From NCBI RefSeq assembly GCF_043950625.1, contig NZ_CP171007.1: a stretch of 32,000 nucleotides of DNA. The stretch is one strand, 5' to 3'. Below are positions 1 to 10,051 of this stretch, in pieces. The notes under the pieces were generated by a model that was given only the letters and a program-made list of their open reading frames with translations, was not told where the DNA came from and made no database searches. The stretch's first letter is position 1. Every line of letters begins with the position of its first letter. A program made the position numbers and the translations under genes. The stretch is from Alkanindiges sp. WGS2144 (GTDB taxonomy: Bacteria > Pseudomonadota > Gammaproteobacteria > Pseudomonadales > Moraxellaceae).

Positions 1-741
1 GGCTATATTTTCCAGATATACCGCCAACTGCTGGCCAAAATAAGCCTCTACCAGTTTGAGTAGTTGCTGGTTACTGGCCTGTTCATAACCTAACTGGGCT
101 TTTTGTGCATTGATCTGGGCAATATTTTGTACAGCCTGGATAGACCCTCCAGTGTACAGGGGCATCACTGCTGATATCGTGGGGCCGAACAGTTTTTCAT
201 TAATGACCACATTGCCTGAATCAGGCACCTGATCCAGTAAACCGGCCACACTACTGGAAAAACGATCGCCTAAAAATTCATTGATATTGTCTGGTAAGGG
301 AACGGGTAGGCTATTTAACGATTGCTGAAAAGCCTGATTTGCCGCCGTACTTGCACTAGCTTTAATATTGTTTAAAGGGACATCGACCTCGGTTCGATAT
401 CTGATGGCGTTGGCATTGAGTGATACCACCGGACGCCATAGCTGTGCCATAGCCTGTGCATCGTTCTGGCTGGCACTCATACTGGCTCGACTGGCCTGAA
501 GGGTATAGGCATTTTGCTCAAGCCACTGCGCCGCATCGCTAAAGCTAAGCGCATCATTTAATGCAGGCGTAGCAGCACTGTCTGGCTGGGAAGTTAGCGG
601 TGAGTTAAGTGTCGAACGTTGTAGCGAGGCTAAAGGCTCAGGTTGGGTTGCCCAGACTGGCAAAGCGCTTCCTGCCACATAACTGATTATAGAAATGAGC
701 AAAAACAGTTTATTTGGTATGGACACTGTTTTAATCAACAT
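1..741 (-). CDS. TolC-family outer membrane efflux protein, N-terminal 247 codons (gene continues beyond the window start)
   Basis: Hand translation of the reverse strand from ATG 741..739 gives an open frame down to position 1. It reads MLIKTVSIPNKLFLLISIISYVAGSALPVWATQPE... (signal peptide), then LSFSDAAQWLEQNAYTLQASRASMSASQNDAQAMAQLWRPVVSLNANAIRY..., which looks like an OEP/TolC repeat. It is absent from the ORF track because no stop codon lies in the window. Confidence 0.6.
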   Translation of the reverse strand, partial: MLIKTVSIPNKLFLLISIISYVAGSALPVWATQPEPLASLQRSTLNSPLTSQPDSAATPALNDALSFSDAAQWLEQNAYTLQASRASMSASQNDAQAMAQLWRPVVSLNANAIRYRTEVDVPLNNIKASASTAANQAFQQSLNSLPVPLPDNINEFLGDRFSSSVAGLLDQVPDSGNVVINEKLFGPTISAVMPLYTGGSIQAVQNIAQINAQKAQLGYEQASNQQLLKLVEAYFGQQLAVYLENIA

Positions 742-930
742 AGGCTATTCTTTACTGGTTTGAATATACGTCGTATCGTACTTGTACCAAGATTAAAGCT
801 TATTTTGATCCAATCATTAAAGTAATTGATTGTAAACGTATTTTATTATGGCAAATGATTAGGTAATCAAAAAGGATGCCCAGGGCTAATTCCATGAGCA
901 TCTACTGATTATGCCATCAATGTATTGTGG

Positions 931-2112
931 TTATAAAATCTTTTTTAAGCGCTCAATGGCCTGTTCACACTGGGCAATATCGGCAACCAGTGCCATGCGG
1001 ACATGGTTTTGTCCCGGATTAATAGTGCTATGACCTTGCACGACATCTCTTGATAAATAGCGGCCCGGCAGTACAGTGATATTGGCCTGACTGTAAAGAT
1101 GACGTGCAAAGCGCTCATCGTCATCTACCTGAAGCCAGAAATAAAACCCGGCATCCGGTTTTTGCAGTGGCAAAATATGGCCAAGCTCGTTTAAAAACAG
1201 GTCAAATTTTTGTTGGTATAACTGACGGTTTTGCTCAACATGCTGCTCGTCCTGCCAGGCTGCAATAGAAGCCAGCTGGTGTTGTACGGGCATTGCAGCG
1301 CCATGGTAGGTACGATATTTTAAATAGTTTGCCAAAAGTGCTGCATCGCCGGCCACAAAGCCGGAGCGCAAGCCCGGCAGGTTGGAGCGCTTTGAAAGGG
1401 AATGAAACACCACGCAGTTTTTATAATCGTGACGACCCAGCTCGGCACAGGCTTGTAGTAAGCCTACAGGTGCCTGATCAAAATAAAGCTCGGAATAGCA
1501 TTCATCTGAAGCAATGACAAAGTGATATTGATCTGACAGGGCAATCAGTTTTTTAAGCTGCTCCATAGGCATAACGCTACCGGTGGGATTGCCCGGCGTG
1601 CAAATAAATAAAAGCTGGGTGTTTTGCCAGACCTCTGCCGGCACCTCATCCAGATTACCCAGATAGCTATTTTGCTGTGTGCAGTTATAAAAATAAGGCT
1701 TTGCGCCAGCCAGAATGCTGGCCCCCTCATAAATCTGGTAAAACGGGTTAGGCATTACCACATAAGGCGCTTTACTGCGATCTATGTTTGCCTGAACGAA
1801 GGAAAACAGGGCTTCTCGCGTGCCACTTACCGGTAATATTTGGGTTTCTGCATTAATCTGCTGCAATTCAAAGCGCTGTTTTAGCCAGCTGGCAATAGTA
1901 CTGCGCAACGCAGGCAGGCCTTTACTGGTGGGATAAGTAGACAGATGCTGCAAAGAATCAATTAAGGCCTGTTTTACAAATTCAGGTGATTGATGTCTGG
2001 GCTCACCAATGGACAGGGCAATATTGGGTAAATCTACAGGGTTTAAATCAGTAAAAAGTCTGGCCAGTTTTTCAAAGGGATAAGGGTGGAGCTGGTCAAT
2101 TGCAGGGTTCAT
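931..2112 (-). CDS. dapC: PLP-dependent aminotransferase, succinyldiaminopimelate transaminase type
   Basis: ORF-track frame 931..2226. The conserved N-terminus begins at the internal Met (MNPAIDQLHPYPFEKL...), ATG at 2112. The 38 codons upstream overlap the glnD 3' end. Class I aminotransferase motif SLSKRSNLPGLRSG is present. The gene lies directly downstream of glnD, a common arrangement. Confidence 0.7.
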   Translation of the reverse strand: MNPAIDQLHPYPFEKLARLFTDLNPVDLPNIALSIGEPRHQSPEFVKQALIDSLQHLSTYPTSKGLPALRSTIASWLKQRFELQQINAETQILPVSGTREALFSFVQANIDRSKAPYVVMPNPFYQIYEGASILAGAKPYFYNCTQQNSYLGNLDEVPAEVWQNTQLLFICTPGNPTGSVMPMEQLKKLIALSDQYHFVIASDECYSELYFDQAPVGLLQACAELGRHDYKNCVVFHSLSKRSNLPGLRSGFVAGDAALLANYLKYRTYHGAAMPVQHQLASIAAWQDEQHVEQNRQLYQQKFDLFLNELGHILPLQKPDAGFYFWLQVDDDERFARHLYSQANITVLPGRYLSRDVVQGHSTINPGQNHVRMALVADIAQCEQAIERLKKIL

Positions 2113-2146
2113 CCAGAGATTTCTCAAGCAGGGTTTTAAACTAGAA

Positions 2147-4810
2147 TTATTGCACAATGGAAACCACTTGCGAGGCTTCATCCAGTGCCAGTTGCAGTTT
2201 ATGGGCAAAGGCCTGGGCTTCTTCACGGTTCATGGGTTGGCCATCGCGTTTGGTGACATAAAAACTGTCTTCGGCACGCTCTCCCAAAGTGGCGATACGT
2301 GCAGAATGGATATCAAGACCCTGCATGGTAAACAGTCCACCAATTTTTGCCAAAAGACCGGGTTGATCCAGCGTCATGATTTCCACAATATTTTGCTGCA
2401 AGGCGGTATTTAACTGAATACTCACTTCGGTTTGTACGGCAAAATGGCGTAACTGCCGGGGAATACGCCGCTCTAGCAGTGCTGGAAACTCCTCGGGATG
2501 TGACAGGGCGTTAGTCAGGGCATAAATCACCTGTGCTTGACGGTCTTGATCAGTCAACAATGTACCAAAACGATCAAGTACCACATAGGTATCCAGTGAA
2601 AACGCCTTGGCAGCGGTAATAATCCGTGCATCGAGTACGTTTAAATCCATCTGGTCTAAAATGGCAACTGATGCAGCAAACAGATTGGGCAGGTCGCGGG
2701 TATAAATAAAAATCTCGGCAGCATCTTTGGCCTGCTTGCGATGCTCACGAATCAGCACCAGCGGGTCGGGGTTGTCGCCATGCTCAATCATGGCCTGTGT
2801 GTGCCAGATCACTTCATCGGCACGTTCCTTTAAAAAGTACTCATCCCCTAACTCGCACCAGATTTTTTCAATCTGCTCATAGGTGTACCGGGTACTTAAA
2901 GTCTGCATGGCCTCAAACTTGGTATCATCAATAATTAACTGATGATCCACCGGGCGATCCAGACCGGTACGGATAATAGTACGTGCCTGAGTATATAACT
3001 GGCGCATTAACGAAGCACGCCACGAATTCCAGAGCTTGGGATTCGTGGCATTGACATCTGCCACGGTCAGGCAATACAAATAATCCAGATGCACCATGTC
3101 ACCCATGTGGTCGGCAAAGCCTTTGACGACATCGGGGTCGGAAATATCTTTTTTCTGCGCAGTAAGCGATATCACCAGATGGTTGCGTGTCAGCCAGGCC
3201 ACAATTTTGGCTTCACGTTCGCTGAGGCCATGATTGCGGCAAAATACCAGCGCATCCTCGGCACCCAGTTCGCTATGGTCGCCACCACGTCCTTTGGCAA
3301 TATCATGAAAAATGGCAGCCAGATATACAATTTCTTTGCGATCCAGACGCTGGAATACCGAATTTACTACTGGATAATCACTTGCAAATTCTGCCTTGCC
3401 AAAGCGGCGTAGGTTGCGAATAAGCAGTAAGGTGTGGGCGTCCACCGTATAAATATGAAATAAATCATACTGCATCAGACCAATAATCTGGCCAAAAGCG
3501 GGGATATATTGCCCTAGCACCCCATAGCGTTTCATGGCATGCAGCGTGTGGTATAAATGATAGGGTGCTCGTAAAATGGCCATAAACATCGCGCGGTGCA
3601 TGGGGTCATTACGAAAATTATCATCAATGGTTTTGGCGGCCAGCATCAGCAGGCGCAGGGTTTTGGCGCGAATCCCAATAATGTCCGGCTGATTGGCCAT
3701 AAAATGGAATAACTCAAAAATGGCGCTGGGCGTTTGGGAAAATACCCGGTGATGACAGACAGCAATTTTGTTGCCTATCAATTCAAAGCGTTCGTTCAAA
3801 ATAATTTTTTGTGGTTGTTCCCCATCTGGCAGGCGCGGCTCAATGACTGACTCATAAAAATACGCCAACAGCATTTCATTTAAGGTCGATATCTTCATGG
3901 CCACCCGGTAATAGGTTTTCATGAATTGCTCTACCGCATGATTGGGTGAGTCATTATCGTGCTGGATAAAGCCTAATCGCGCCGCCACATCACGCTGGTA
4001 GTCAAACAGCAGACGGTTTTCGTCACGCCCGGTGATCCGGTGTAACTGATAGCGAACCTGCCACAAAAAATCCTCAGCGCTCTCTAGCTCCTGGAGTTCA
4101 AATTCACTAATAAAACCCAGATGTACCAGATCATAAAACCGCACCACCCGAAAATGCCGCTTGGCAATCCAGCCAATCTGGTTTAAGTCGCGCAGGCCAC
4201 CCGGTGCATTTTTAATATCTGGTTCAAGGTTGCTCTCAGTGTGGTTGTGCTGGGCATAACGGCGCTGCTGTTCACGTATCTTTTCTTCAAAAAATGTTTT
4301 GTCGGTCCAGGCTGTAGCCACAATCTGACGTGGTTTTTTGGCAAGTTGTTCATCCCCGGTAATCAGGCGGGCTTCAACCAGAGTAGTGGCAACGGTAATA
4401 TCCTGCGCAGCTTCCAGACATTCACTTAAGGAGCGTACACTAATTCCCGGCTTAAACCCGGTATCCCATAAGATAGATACAAATTCGGAAATTTTCTCGC
4501 CCAGCTCCGCTTTGATTTCATCGCGGCTTAATACCAGGATATCCAGGTCTGAGTGCGGCAGCATCTCACCGCGGCCATAACCCCCCACAGCCAGTAGTGC
4601 CAGATTATGCTCAGGTAGCTCCTGCTGTTGCCAGAGCAGTTTGAGCATATTGTCCATGGCTTTTGCCCGTGCATGCACCACATAGCGTATGCCTTCTTCC
4701 CCAAGCAGGGCAGTATCCAGTTGCTGATCCAGTGCTTTGCGCCACTCGTTCAGGCCACGGTGAAAGCCGTGCTGCTCAATAAAAAGCCGGGGAGAAAGAA
4801 GATCGGGCAT
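2147..4810 (-). CDS. glnD: bifunctional [protein-PII] uridylyltransferase/uridylyl-removing enzyme
   Basis: 887 aa. Nucleotidyltransferase motif [21 protein letters not shown] domain ([16 protein letters not shown]) and two C-terminal ACT-like segments. Confidence 0.95.
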   Translation of the reverse strand: MPDLLSPRLFIEQHGFHRGLNEWRKALDQQLDTALLGEEGIRYVVHARAKAMDNMLKLLWQQQELPEHNLALLAVGGYGRGEMLPHSDLDILVLSRDEIKAELGEKISEFVSILWDTGFKPGISVRSLSECLEAAQDITVATTLVEARLITGDEQLAKKPRQIVATAWTDKTFFEEKIREQQRRYAQHNHTESNLEPDIKNAPGGLRDLNQIGWIAKRHFRVVRFYDLVHLGFISEFELQELESAEDFLWQVRYQLHRITGRDENRLLFDYQRDVAARLGFIQHDNDSPNHAVEQFMKTYYRVAMKISTLNEMLLAYFYESVIEPRLPDGEQPQKIILNERFELIGNKIAVCHHRVFSQTPSAIFELFHFMANQPDIIGIRAKTLRLLMLAAKTIDDNFRNDPMHRAMFMAILRAPYHLYHTLHAMKRYGVLGQYIPAFGQIIGLMQYDLFHIYTVDAHTLLLIRNLRRFGKAEFASDYPVVNSVFQRLDRKEIVYLAAIFHDIAKGRGGDHSELGAEDALVFCRNHGLSEREAKIVAWLTRNHLVISLTAQKKDISDPDVVKGFADHMGDMVHLDYLYCLTVADVNATNPKLWNSWRASLMRQLYTQARTIIRTGLDRPVDHQLIIDDTKFEAMQTLSTRYTYEQIEKIWCELGDEYFLKERADEVIWHTQAMIEHGDNPDPLVLIREHRKQAKDAAEIFIYTRDLPNLFAASVAILDQMDLNVLDARIITAAKAFSLDTYVVLDRFGTLLTDQDRQAQVIYALTNALSHPEEFPALLERRIPRQLRHFAVQTEVSIQLNTALQQNIVEIMTLDQPGLLAKIGGLFTMQGLDIHSARIATLGERAEDSFYVTKRDGQPMNREEAQAFAHKLQLALDEASQVVSIVQ

Positions 4811-4829
4811 ATTAAAACCTGTGGGTCAG

Positions 4830-6053
4830 TTAATCAGTAGCAGGTTTGCTGTTTGAAATGACACTTACCGTAGCCGCTACCTGAGCTGCCAACTGACGTG
4901 CTGTGTCGGTGGTGTCTGCATGCACTGTGGCCACGCCCATGCGACGGTGAATAAAACCCTCAGGTTTGCCAAACAGGCGTAAATCAGAGCCGGGGACTGC
5001 CAGTGCCTGATTCAGATTACCAAAGGACAAATTCTCTTCATTGCAACCTGCATAAATTACTGCACTGGCTGCCTCGAATAACCGTGATGTATCTACCGGC
5101 AATCCCAGAATAGCCCGTGCATGCAGCTCAAATTCGCTTTGCAGCTGGCTGGCCAGCGTCACTAATCCAGTGTCATGTGGTCGGGGCGATACCTCACTAA
5201 ACCACACCATATCCCCTTTAACAAATAGTTCTACGCCAAACACGCCACAGCCACCCAGATTTTCGGTAACAATATGTGCAATGTGTTTGGCGTTTTCCAG
5301 AGCCTTAGCGCCCATGGGTTGTGGTTGCCAGCTTTCTACATAATCGCCAGCTTCCTGACGGTGACCGATTGGATCGCAAAAATGAGTTTCTATTGCTCCA
5401 TTTTCAGGGTTTCTGGCGCGGACAGTCAGCAGGGTAATTTCAAAATCAAAATTAATTTGCCCCTCAACAATCACCTTGCCCTGATTAACCCGGCCACCCT
5501 GCATGGCATATTCCCATGCCGCATCTACTTGTTCATAACTGGTAATGCGTGATTGACCCTTACCACTAGATGACATGACCGGTTTGATAAAGCATGGATA
5601 GCCAATATCATCACAGGCGGCGCGAAAGTTCTCCAGAGTGTCGGCAAAACGGTAAGAGGAGGTCGGCAGGCCTAATTGTTCTGCAGCAAGACGACGAATG
5701 CCTTCGCGATTCATGGTCAGATGTGCAGCACGGGCAGAGGGAATTACTACTGCCTGGCCTTTTTGTTCAACTTCCAGTAGTAGGTCAGTGGCAATGGCTT
5801 CAATTTCCGGAACAATTAAATGCGGTTTTACCTCATCAATCAGCGCCTGTAGCGCATTGCGGTCGGCCATGTTCAGTACACGGCTATGGTGGGCAACCTG
5901 CATGGCGGGTGCATTGGCATAGCGATCGGCCGCAAATACTTCAACCCCAAAACGTTGCAGGGCAATGACCACCTCTTTGCCTAGCTCTCCTGAACCAAGC
6001 ATGAGTACGCGAAATGCCGAGGGTTGTAGCGGTGTACCAATCGTTACAGTCAT
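4830..6053 (-). CDS. purT: formate-dependent phosphoribosylglycinamide formyltransferase (GAR transformylase 2)
   Basis: 407 aa ATP-grasp protein. The N-terminus [14 protein letters not shown] and the overall sequence are typical of PurT. Confidence 0.9.
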   Translation of the reverse strand: MTVTIGTPLQPSAFRVLMLGSGELGKEVVIALQRFGVEVFAADRYANAPAMQVAHHSRVLNMADRNALQALIDEVKPHLIVPEIEAIATDLLLEVEQKGQAVVIPSARAAHLTMNREGIRRLAAEQLGLPTSSYRFADTLENFRAACDDIGYPCFIKPVMSSSGKGQSRITSYEQVDAAWEYAMQGGRVNQGKVIVEGQINFDFEITLLTVRARNPENGAIETHFCDPIGHRQEAGDYVESWQPQPMGAKALENAKHIAHIVTENLGGCGVFGVELFVKGDMVWFSEVSPRPHDTGLVTLASQLQSEFELHARAILGLPVDTSRLFEAASAVIYAGCNEENLSFGNLNQALAVPGSDLRLFGKPEGFIHRRMGVATVHADTTDTARQLAAQVAATVSVISNSKPATD

Positions 6054-6200
6054 TGCATGCTCCAGAACGGACTGAAAAATAGCTTAAAATAATGGTATAG
6101 CATAGCAGATGTACACCTTATTATTTAACAGGAAAATCGCAGCTCAGTAGCCCGATATTTTCGTACAATAGGGCAGGTTTTCTTTATCTGGGAAAAAAGC

Positions 6201-6635
6201 ATGAAAAACTGGTTATGGTTTACCCTGGCTCTGGTACTTGCTGGCTGTAATCCGCCACAGGAAGCTGCGCAACGACGTGCTGAAGTCAAGCCATCAACAA
6301 AATTAGGTACGGATGCTTCAGCTATTGGCAAGGATACTTATCAGTTTATTAGCATGGTTGATGGACTGCTGTACGCAGGAAAACCAGAGGCGACCCAGCT
6401 TGAGCAGCGTATTTTTCAGCCATCACGACAGTTGTTAATCCGCTGGGGCACTGAAATTAGCCAAAAAGATACTGCGGTAGGCGATCAATATACCATTTGC
6501 AAGGGTGCCCTGATTTCACTAAACAGCTGGGCGCGTACCCAGCTTGAGCAGCCAGAGCGTGCCAAGGGCAGGCAGCAGGTATATGAAGAGCAAAAACAGT
6601 TATGTGCTCAAAGGCTAGGTGGCTTATCAAGCTAA
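6201..6635 (+). CDS. hypothetical lipoprotein
   Basis: 144 aa. Signal peptide with lipobox (MKNWLWFTLALVLAGC). No family recognised. Confidence 0.55.
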   Translation: MKNWLWFTLALVLAGCNPPQEAAQRRAEVKPSTKLGTDASAIGKDTYQFISMVDGLLYAGKPEATQLEQRIFQPSRQLLIRWGTEISQKDTAVGDQYTICKGALISLNSWARTQLEQPERAKGRQQVYEEQKQLCAQRLGGLSS

Positions 6636-6663
6636 TAGCTTAAAAACCCCGCGAGATACAATC

Positions 6664-6699
6664 AAAAAGGCCGGTAAGATCAGCTTATCCGGCCTTTTT
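6664..6699. terminator. bidirectional rho-independent terminator between the convergent lipoprotein gene and ychF
   Basis: AAAAAGGCCGG-taagatcagcttat-CCGGCCTTTTT: a GC stem flanked by an A-run and a T-run. Confidence 0.75.
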
Positions 6700-6752
6700 G
6701 ATTGTGTTTTTTAAGCTGTTTTTAATATGTTAACCAGCAATGGGAGGAAGGG

Positions 6753-7844
6753 TTAAACATTAAATCTGAAATGCATGACATCACCATCCTGTACCACATA
6801 GGTTTTGCCTTCAAGACGCCATTTACCCGCTTCTTTGGCGCCAGATTCACCATTATACTGGATAAAGTCGTCATAACTGACCACTTCAGCACGAATAAAG
6901 CCTTTTTCAAAATCGGTATGAATAACACCAGCCGCTTGTGGTGCAGTGGCGCCCACCTTTACTGTCCAGGCACGTACTTCCTTAACACCAGCAGTGAAAT
7001 AGGTATGCAGGCCAAGCAGGGCATAACCCGCGCGAATCACACGATTTAATCCGGGTTCTTCCATACCCATGGCTTCCAAAAATTCGCTGCGGTCTGCATC
7101 ATCCAGCAGAGAGATTTCAGCCTCAATCTGGTTGCATAGCGCGACGACTTCAGCATTTTCACTGGCTGCTAGCTGTTTTACCGCATCCAGATGTGGATTA
7201 TTGTCAAAACCATCCTCAGCCACGTTGGCAATATACATGGTGGGCTTTAGCGTCATTAAACCAAAACCGCGGATCAGTTTGCGCTCATCATCCGATAAAT
7301 CAACAGCACGGGCAGGGCGACCTTCATTTAATATAGGTTCAATTTTTTCCAGCACTGCTTTGGTGGCAATGGCTTCTTTGTCGCCCCCTTTGGCAACCTT
7401 GGTTAAACGCACCAGTGCCTTGCTTACTGTTTCAAGGTCGGCCAGTGCAAGCTCGGTATTAATAGTAGCAATGTCATCCAGTGGATCAATTTTACCATTC
7501 ACATGAATTACGTTTTCATCTTCAAAGCAGCGTACCACGTGGGCAATGGCATCGGTCTCACGGATATTGGCCAAAAACTGATTGCCCAGCCCTTCACCTT
7601 TACTGGCACCAGCAACCAGACCGGCAATATCAACAAATTCCATGGTAGTGGGAAGGATACGTTCTGGTTTTACAATGGCTGCCAGCTTGTCCAGACGCGC
7701 ATCCGGCACCGGCACAATACCAGTATTAGGCTCAATAGTACAAAACGGAAAATTCTCTGCTGCAATCGCTGCTTTGGTTAAAGCATTAAAAAGTGTCGAT
7801 TTTCCGACATTGGGCAGACCCACAATACCGCAATTAAAACCCAT
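6753..7844 (-). CDS. ychF: redox-regulated ribosome-binding ATPase YchF
   Basis: The conserved start is the internal Met ([24 protein letters not shown]-loop) at 7844, giving 363 aa, the E. coli YchF length. The track ORF's 30-codon N-terminal extension runs into a repeat region. Confidence 0.95.
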   Translation of the reverse strand: MGFNCGIVGLPNVGKSTLFNALTKAAIAAENFPFCTIEPNTGIVPVPDARLDKLAAIVKPERILPTTMEFVDIAGLVAGASKGEGLGNQFLANIRETDAIAHVVRCFEDENVIHVNGKIDPLDDIATINTELALADLETVSKALVRLTKVAKGGDKEAIATKAVLEKIEPILNEGRPARAVDLSDDERKLIRGFGLMTLKPTMYIANVAEDGFDNNPHLDAVKQLAASENAEVVALCNQIEAEISLLDDADRSEFLEAMGMEEPGLNRVIRAGYALLGLHTYFTAGVKEVRAWTVKVGATAPQAAGVIHTDFEKGFIRAEVVSYDDFIQYNGESGAKEAGKWRLEGKTYVVQDGDVMHFRFNV

Positions 7845-7896
7845 GAAAATGCTCGCATATTTAATATAAAAAACTGGCGCATATCTTACACTATGA

Positions 7897-8010
7897 GCGA
7901 GGATTAAGCGAAGCATGGCTTCGCCCGAGCGCAAGAGAAAGTCTGTGATCTTTCTGGCGAGGATTAAGCGAACTTGAAGTGCTGCTTCAAGGCTTCGCCC
8001 GAGCGCAAGA
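7897..8010. repeat. two tandem copies of a hairpin-containing intergenic repeat
   Basis: Copy 1 (7897..7936) reads GCGAGGATTAAGCGAA-gcatg-GCTTCGCCCGAGCGCAAGA. Copy 2 (7957..8010) has the same flanks with a longer internal hairpin (cttgaagtgctgcttcaag). GTGATCTTT-TGG recurs at 7945 and 8036. Confidence 0.7.
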
Positions 8011-8248
8011 AATGAAGAACACCGCTCTGCAAGGTGATCTTTATGGTAAGGAAAAAAGAACCACGTTGTCTTGCGAACAAAACACGCCTGAAGTATTTTG
8101 GTTGCTTATTCACTTCTTTATTGCAAGAAAGCATATGAAAAACCTGGCTGACACGGTGATTTTTTAGTGTGATTATTCTGGCACAATACAGCCGGGCTAA
8201 TGTATCCTGTGATTCATAGTATTATTCTCGATAAAAAAAGAGCGACTT

Positions 8249-9010
8249 ATGCGTACGTTGTATCAGTTTCCCTTATCGCATTATTGTGAAAAAGCACGCT
8301 GGCTGCTGGATTATAAAGAACTGGATTATGTAGCAAAAAACCTGATTCCAGGCTTGCATCGACCTTTTGTACAGTTAAAAACCAGCAAAAATACCCTGCC
8401 TATGCTGCGCGATGGTAAAACATGGATTGCCGACTCTACAGAAATCGCGCTTTATCTGGATGGAATGTATCCTGAGCAGCCTTATTTGCGCCGTGAGCCG
8501 GAATTTCGGGCGCAAGCACTGGAGCTAGATCAGATTGCCAGTCAAATTGGTTTTCATACACGTCGCTGGATGTACCTGTATTTAATTGACGAGCCGGAAA
8601 CCCGTGAAGTGATGTTGGGAGAACAGGGCTTTTTGCGCTGGTCTGAGCGTTTTTCCTGGCCGATTATTAAAAAAGGCGTTATCCGTTTATATGGCATAAC
8701 CCCCAAAAAATCCCTGGCAGCAAAACAAAAGCTGGATGTGCTCATTAATCAGGTGGAAGAAAAACTCATTCAAAATGGTGGGCGTTATCTGGTAAGTGAC
8801 CGCCTGGGATTGGCAGATATTGCGGTATGCTCACTGGCAGCACCATTGCTTGGCCCGCAGGGAACGCCCTGGCAGGTAGATGACCCTGCCTTGTTGCCCG
8901 TAGAAATTCACCATTATCGCGAGCAGTTGCTGGACAGGCCTATTGGTCAATATATTATGCGGATTTACCAGACTGAACGGCATGCGCGGGTAGACTGGCG
9001 TGGGGTTTAG
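8249..9010 (+). CDS. glutathione S-transferase-like protein (thioredoxin-like N-terminal domain)
   Basis: 253 aa. N-terminus MRTLYQFPLSHYCEKARWLLDYKELDY...LPMLRDGKTWIADSTEIALYLD resembles a GST N-terminal domain. Confidence 0.55.
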   Translation: MRTLYQFPLSHYCEKARWLLDYKELDYVAKNLIPGLHRPFVQLKTSKNTLPMLRDGKTWIADSTEIALYLDGMYPEQPYLRREPEFRAQALELDQIASQIGFHTRRWMYLYLIDEPETREVMLGEQGFLRWSERFSWPIIKKGVIRLYGITPKKSLAAKQKLDVLINQVEEKLIQNGGRYLVSDRLGLADIAVCSLAAPLLGPQGTPWQVDDPALLPVEIHHYREQLLDRPIGQYIMRIYQTERHARVDWRGV

Positions 9011-9063
9011 TCTTTGAGATATCAAACTCAAGCTACCAGAATGGCGCGTTAAAATGATGTAGG

Positions 9064-9097
9064 CTCCCTATGAAAGCTGACCTGACTGTGGTCAGCT
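9064..9097 (+). terminator. rho-independent terminator after the GST-like gene
   Basis: AAAGCTGACC-tgactgt-GGTCAGCTTT followed by TTTTTTT. Confidence 0.8.
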
Positions 9098-9306
9098 TTT
9101 TTTAAATTAAAAATACAAAAACTATCCAAAAAGTTTTATAAAAAGATACAGCTTGTCATTTGTCTGTCATGAAAAAGACCTTAAATTGTGTGGGTACGGA
9201 AGATTAATTTATTAAAAATTGATTCACCGATAATAACCAGCTGATTAGGGCCTGCTTAGCTGACTATAGCAGTGACCTGATCTATAAAATCTTATATAAG
9301 GAAAAT

Positions 9307-9405
9307 ATGATGAAAAACCTGTTAAACCTCGTTCACTCTGCCATGGATCTAGAATTTGATGAGCAGGATTTTGAAGTTGAGTGGGATGATGCCACAGAAC
9401 TTTAA
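9307..9405 (+). CDS. possible small acidic protein (32 aa), unannotated
   Basis: ATGATG...TAA encodes MMKNLLNLVHSAMDLEFDEQDFEVEWDDATEL. AAGGA lies 6-7 nt upstream. A candidate -10 TATAAA sits about 20 nt further up, and a weak hairpin plus T-rich tract follows. It is below the ORF-track size cutoff. Confidence 0.3.
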   Translation: MMKNLLNLVHSAMDLEFDEQDFEVEWDDATEL

Positions 9406-9519
9406 GCATTTTTTAATTAGTGCTTTGTTTTCCCGGGCTTAAAGTATAAAAATACTATACTGTTTCATGCTTTGGCTGTGATAGTATAGGCACTTTGTCA
9501 TCTCTGCATCGAAACGAAT

Positions 9520-9954
9520 ATGTTCAGTTTGCATCCTCAGCTGGCTCAGGACACGTTCTGGGTTGGTGATTTTCCACTATCAACTTGTCGCCTTATGAAC
9601 GACATGCAGTTTCCCTGGCTGATCCTGGTTCCCCGGGTTTCTGGCGTAAGTGAGCTGTATGAGTTAAGCCAGGCTGACCAGGAACAATTCCTGCGCGAGT
9701 CCAGCTGGTTGTCTAGCCAGTTATCGCGTGTGTTTCGCGCCGATAAAATGAATGTAGCCGCACTTGGCAATATGGTGCCGCAGTTGCATTTCCATCATAT
9801 TGTGCGTTATCAGAATGATGCGGTCTGGCCAAAACCGGTGTGGGGCGTACCTGCCATTCCTTATACCAGTGATGTATTGGCGCATATGCGACAAACCCTG
9901 ATGTTGGCATTGCGTGGTCAGGGTGACATGCCATTTGACTGGCATATGGATTAA
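9520..9954 (+). CDS. HIT (histidine triad) family protein
   Basis: 144 aa with the histidine triad motif QLHFHHIV. Confidence 0.8.
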   Translation: MFSLHPQLAQDTFWVGDFPLSTCRLMNDMQFPWLILVPRVSGVSELYELSQADQEQFLRESSWLSSQLSRVFRADKMNVAALGNMVPQLHFHHIVRYQNDAVWPKPVWGVPAIPYTSDVLAHMRQTLMLALRGQGDMPFDWHMD

Positions 9955-10051
9955 AATCAATACTGTGGTGACAAGCTGTTTAAAAACAGCCTGTCATCCA
10001 CATGATTGAGTATGCGGTATTTAAGGAAGATAGCAGGCAGTAGGGAAGTTT

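Noticed and set aside
643-825. 60-aa + strand ORF across the TolC-like start region.
   Set aside because: It overlaps the TolC-like signal-peptide coding region antisense and runs into an AT-rich promoter region. Nothing supports it.
2113-2226. N-terminal extensions of track ORFs: dapC to 2226, ychF to 7934, iscA to 14792, iscU to 15201, YtoQ-like from 23278 and SCP2-like to 17734.
   Set aside because: In each case the conserved protein begins at an internal Met with a better RBS. The extension overlaps the neighbouring gene or an intergenic repeat.
1293-5968. Many + strand track ORFs inside dapC, glnD and purT (e.g. 1293..1517, 1624..1836, 2150..2413, 3089..3412, 4241..4580, 4628..4840, 5274..5552, 5594..5968).
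   Set aside because: They lie antisense within long, strongly conserved genes. Their composition is low-complexity or odd, and they have no RBS or family resemblance.
6125-6331. 68-aa reverse ORF overlapping the lipoprotein gene start. The same applies to 6722..6928, 6771..7049, 7069..7506 and 7503..7869 around ychF.
   Set aside because: These are alternative-frame or antisense overlaps of well-supported genes.
8134-8166. 10-codon ORF MKNLADTVIF sharing ATGAAAAACCTG with the 9310 small ORF.
   Set aside because: It is too short, has no RBS, and the shared 12-mer is a common Met-Lys-Asn-Leu start. Probably chance.
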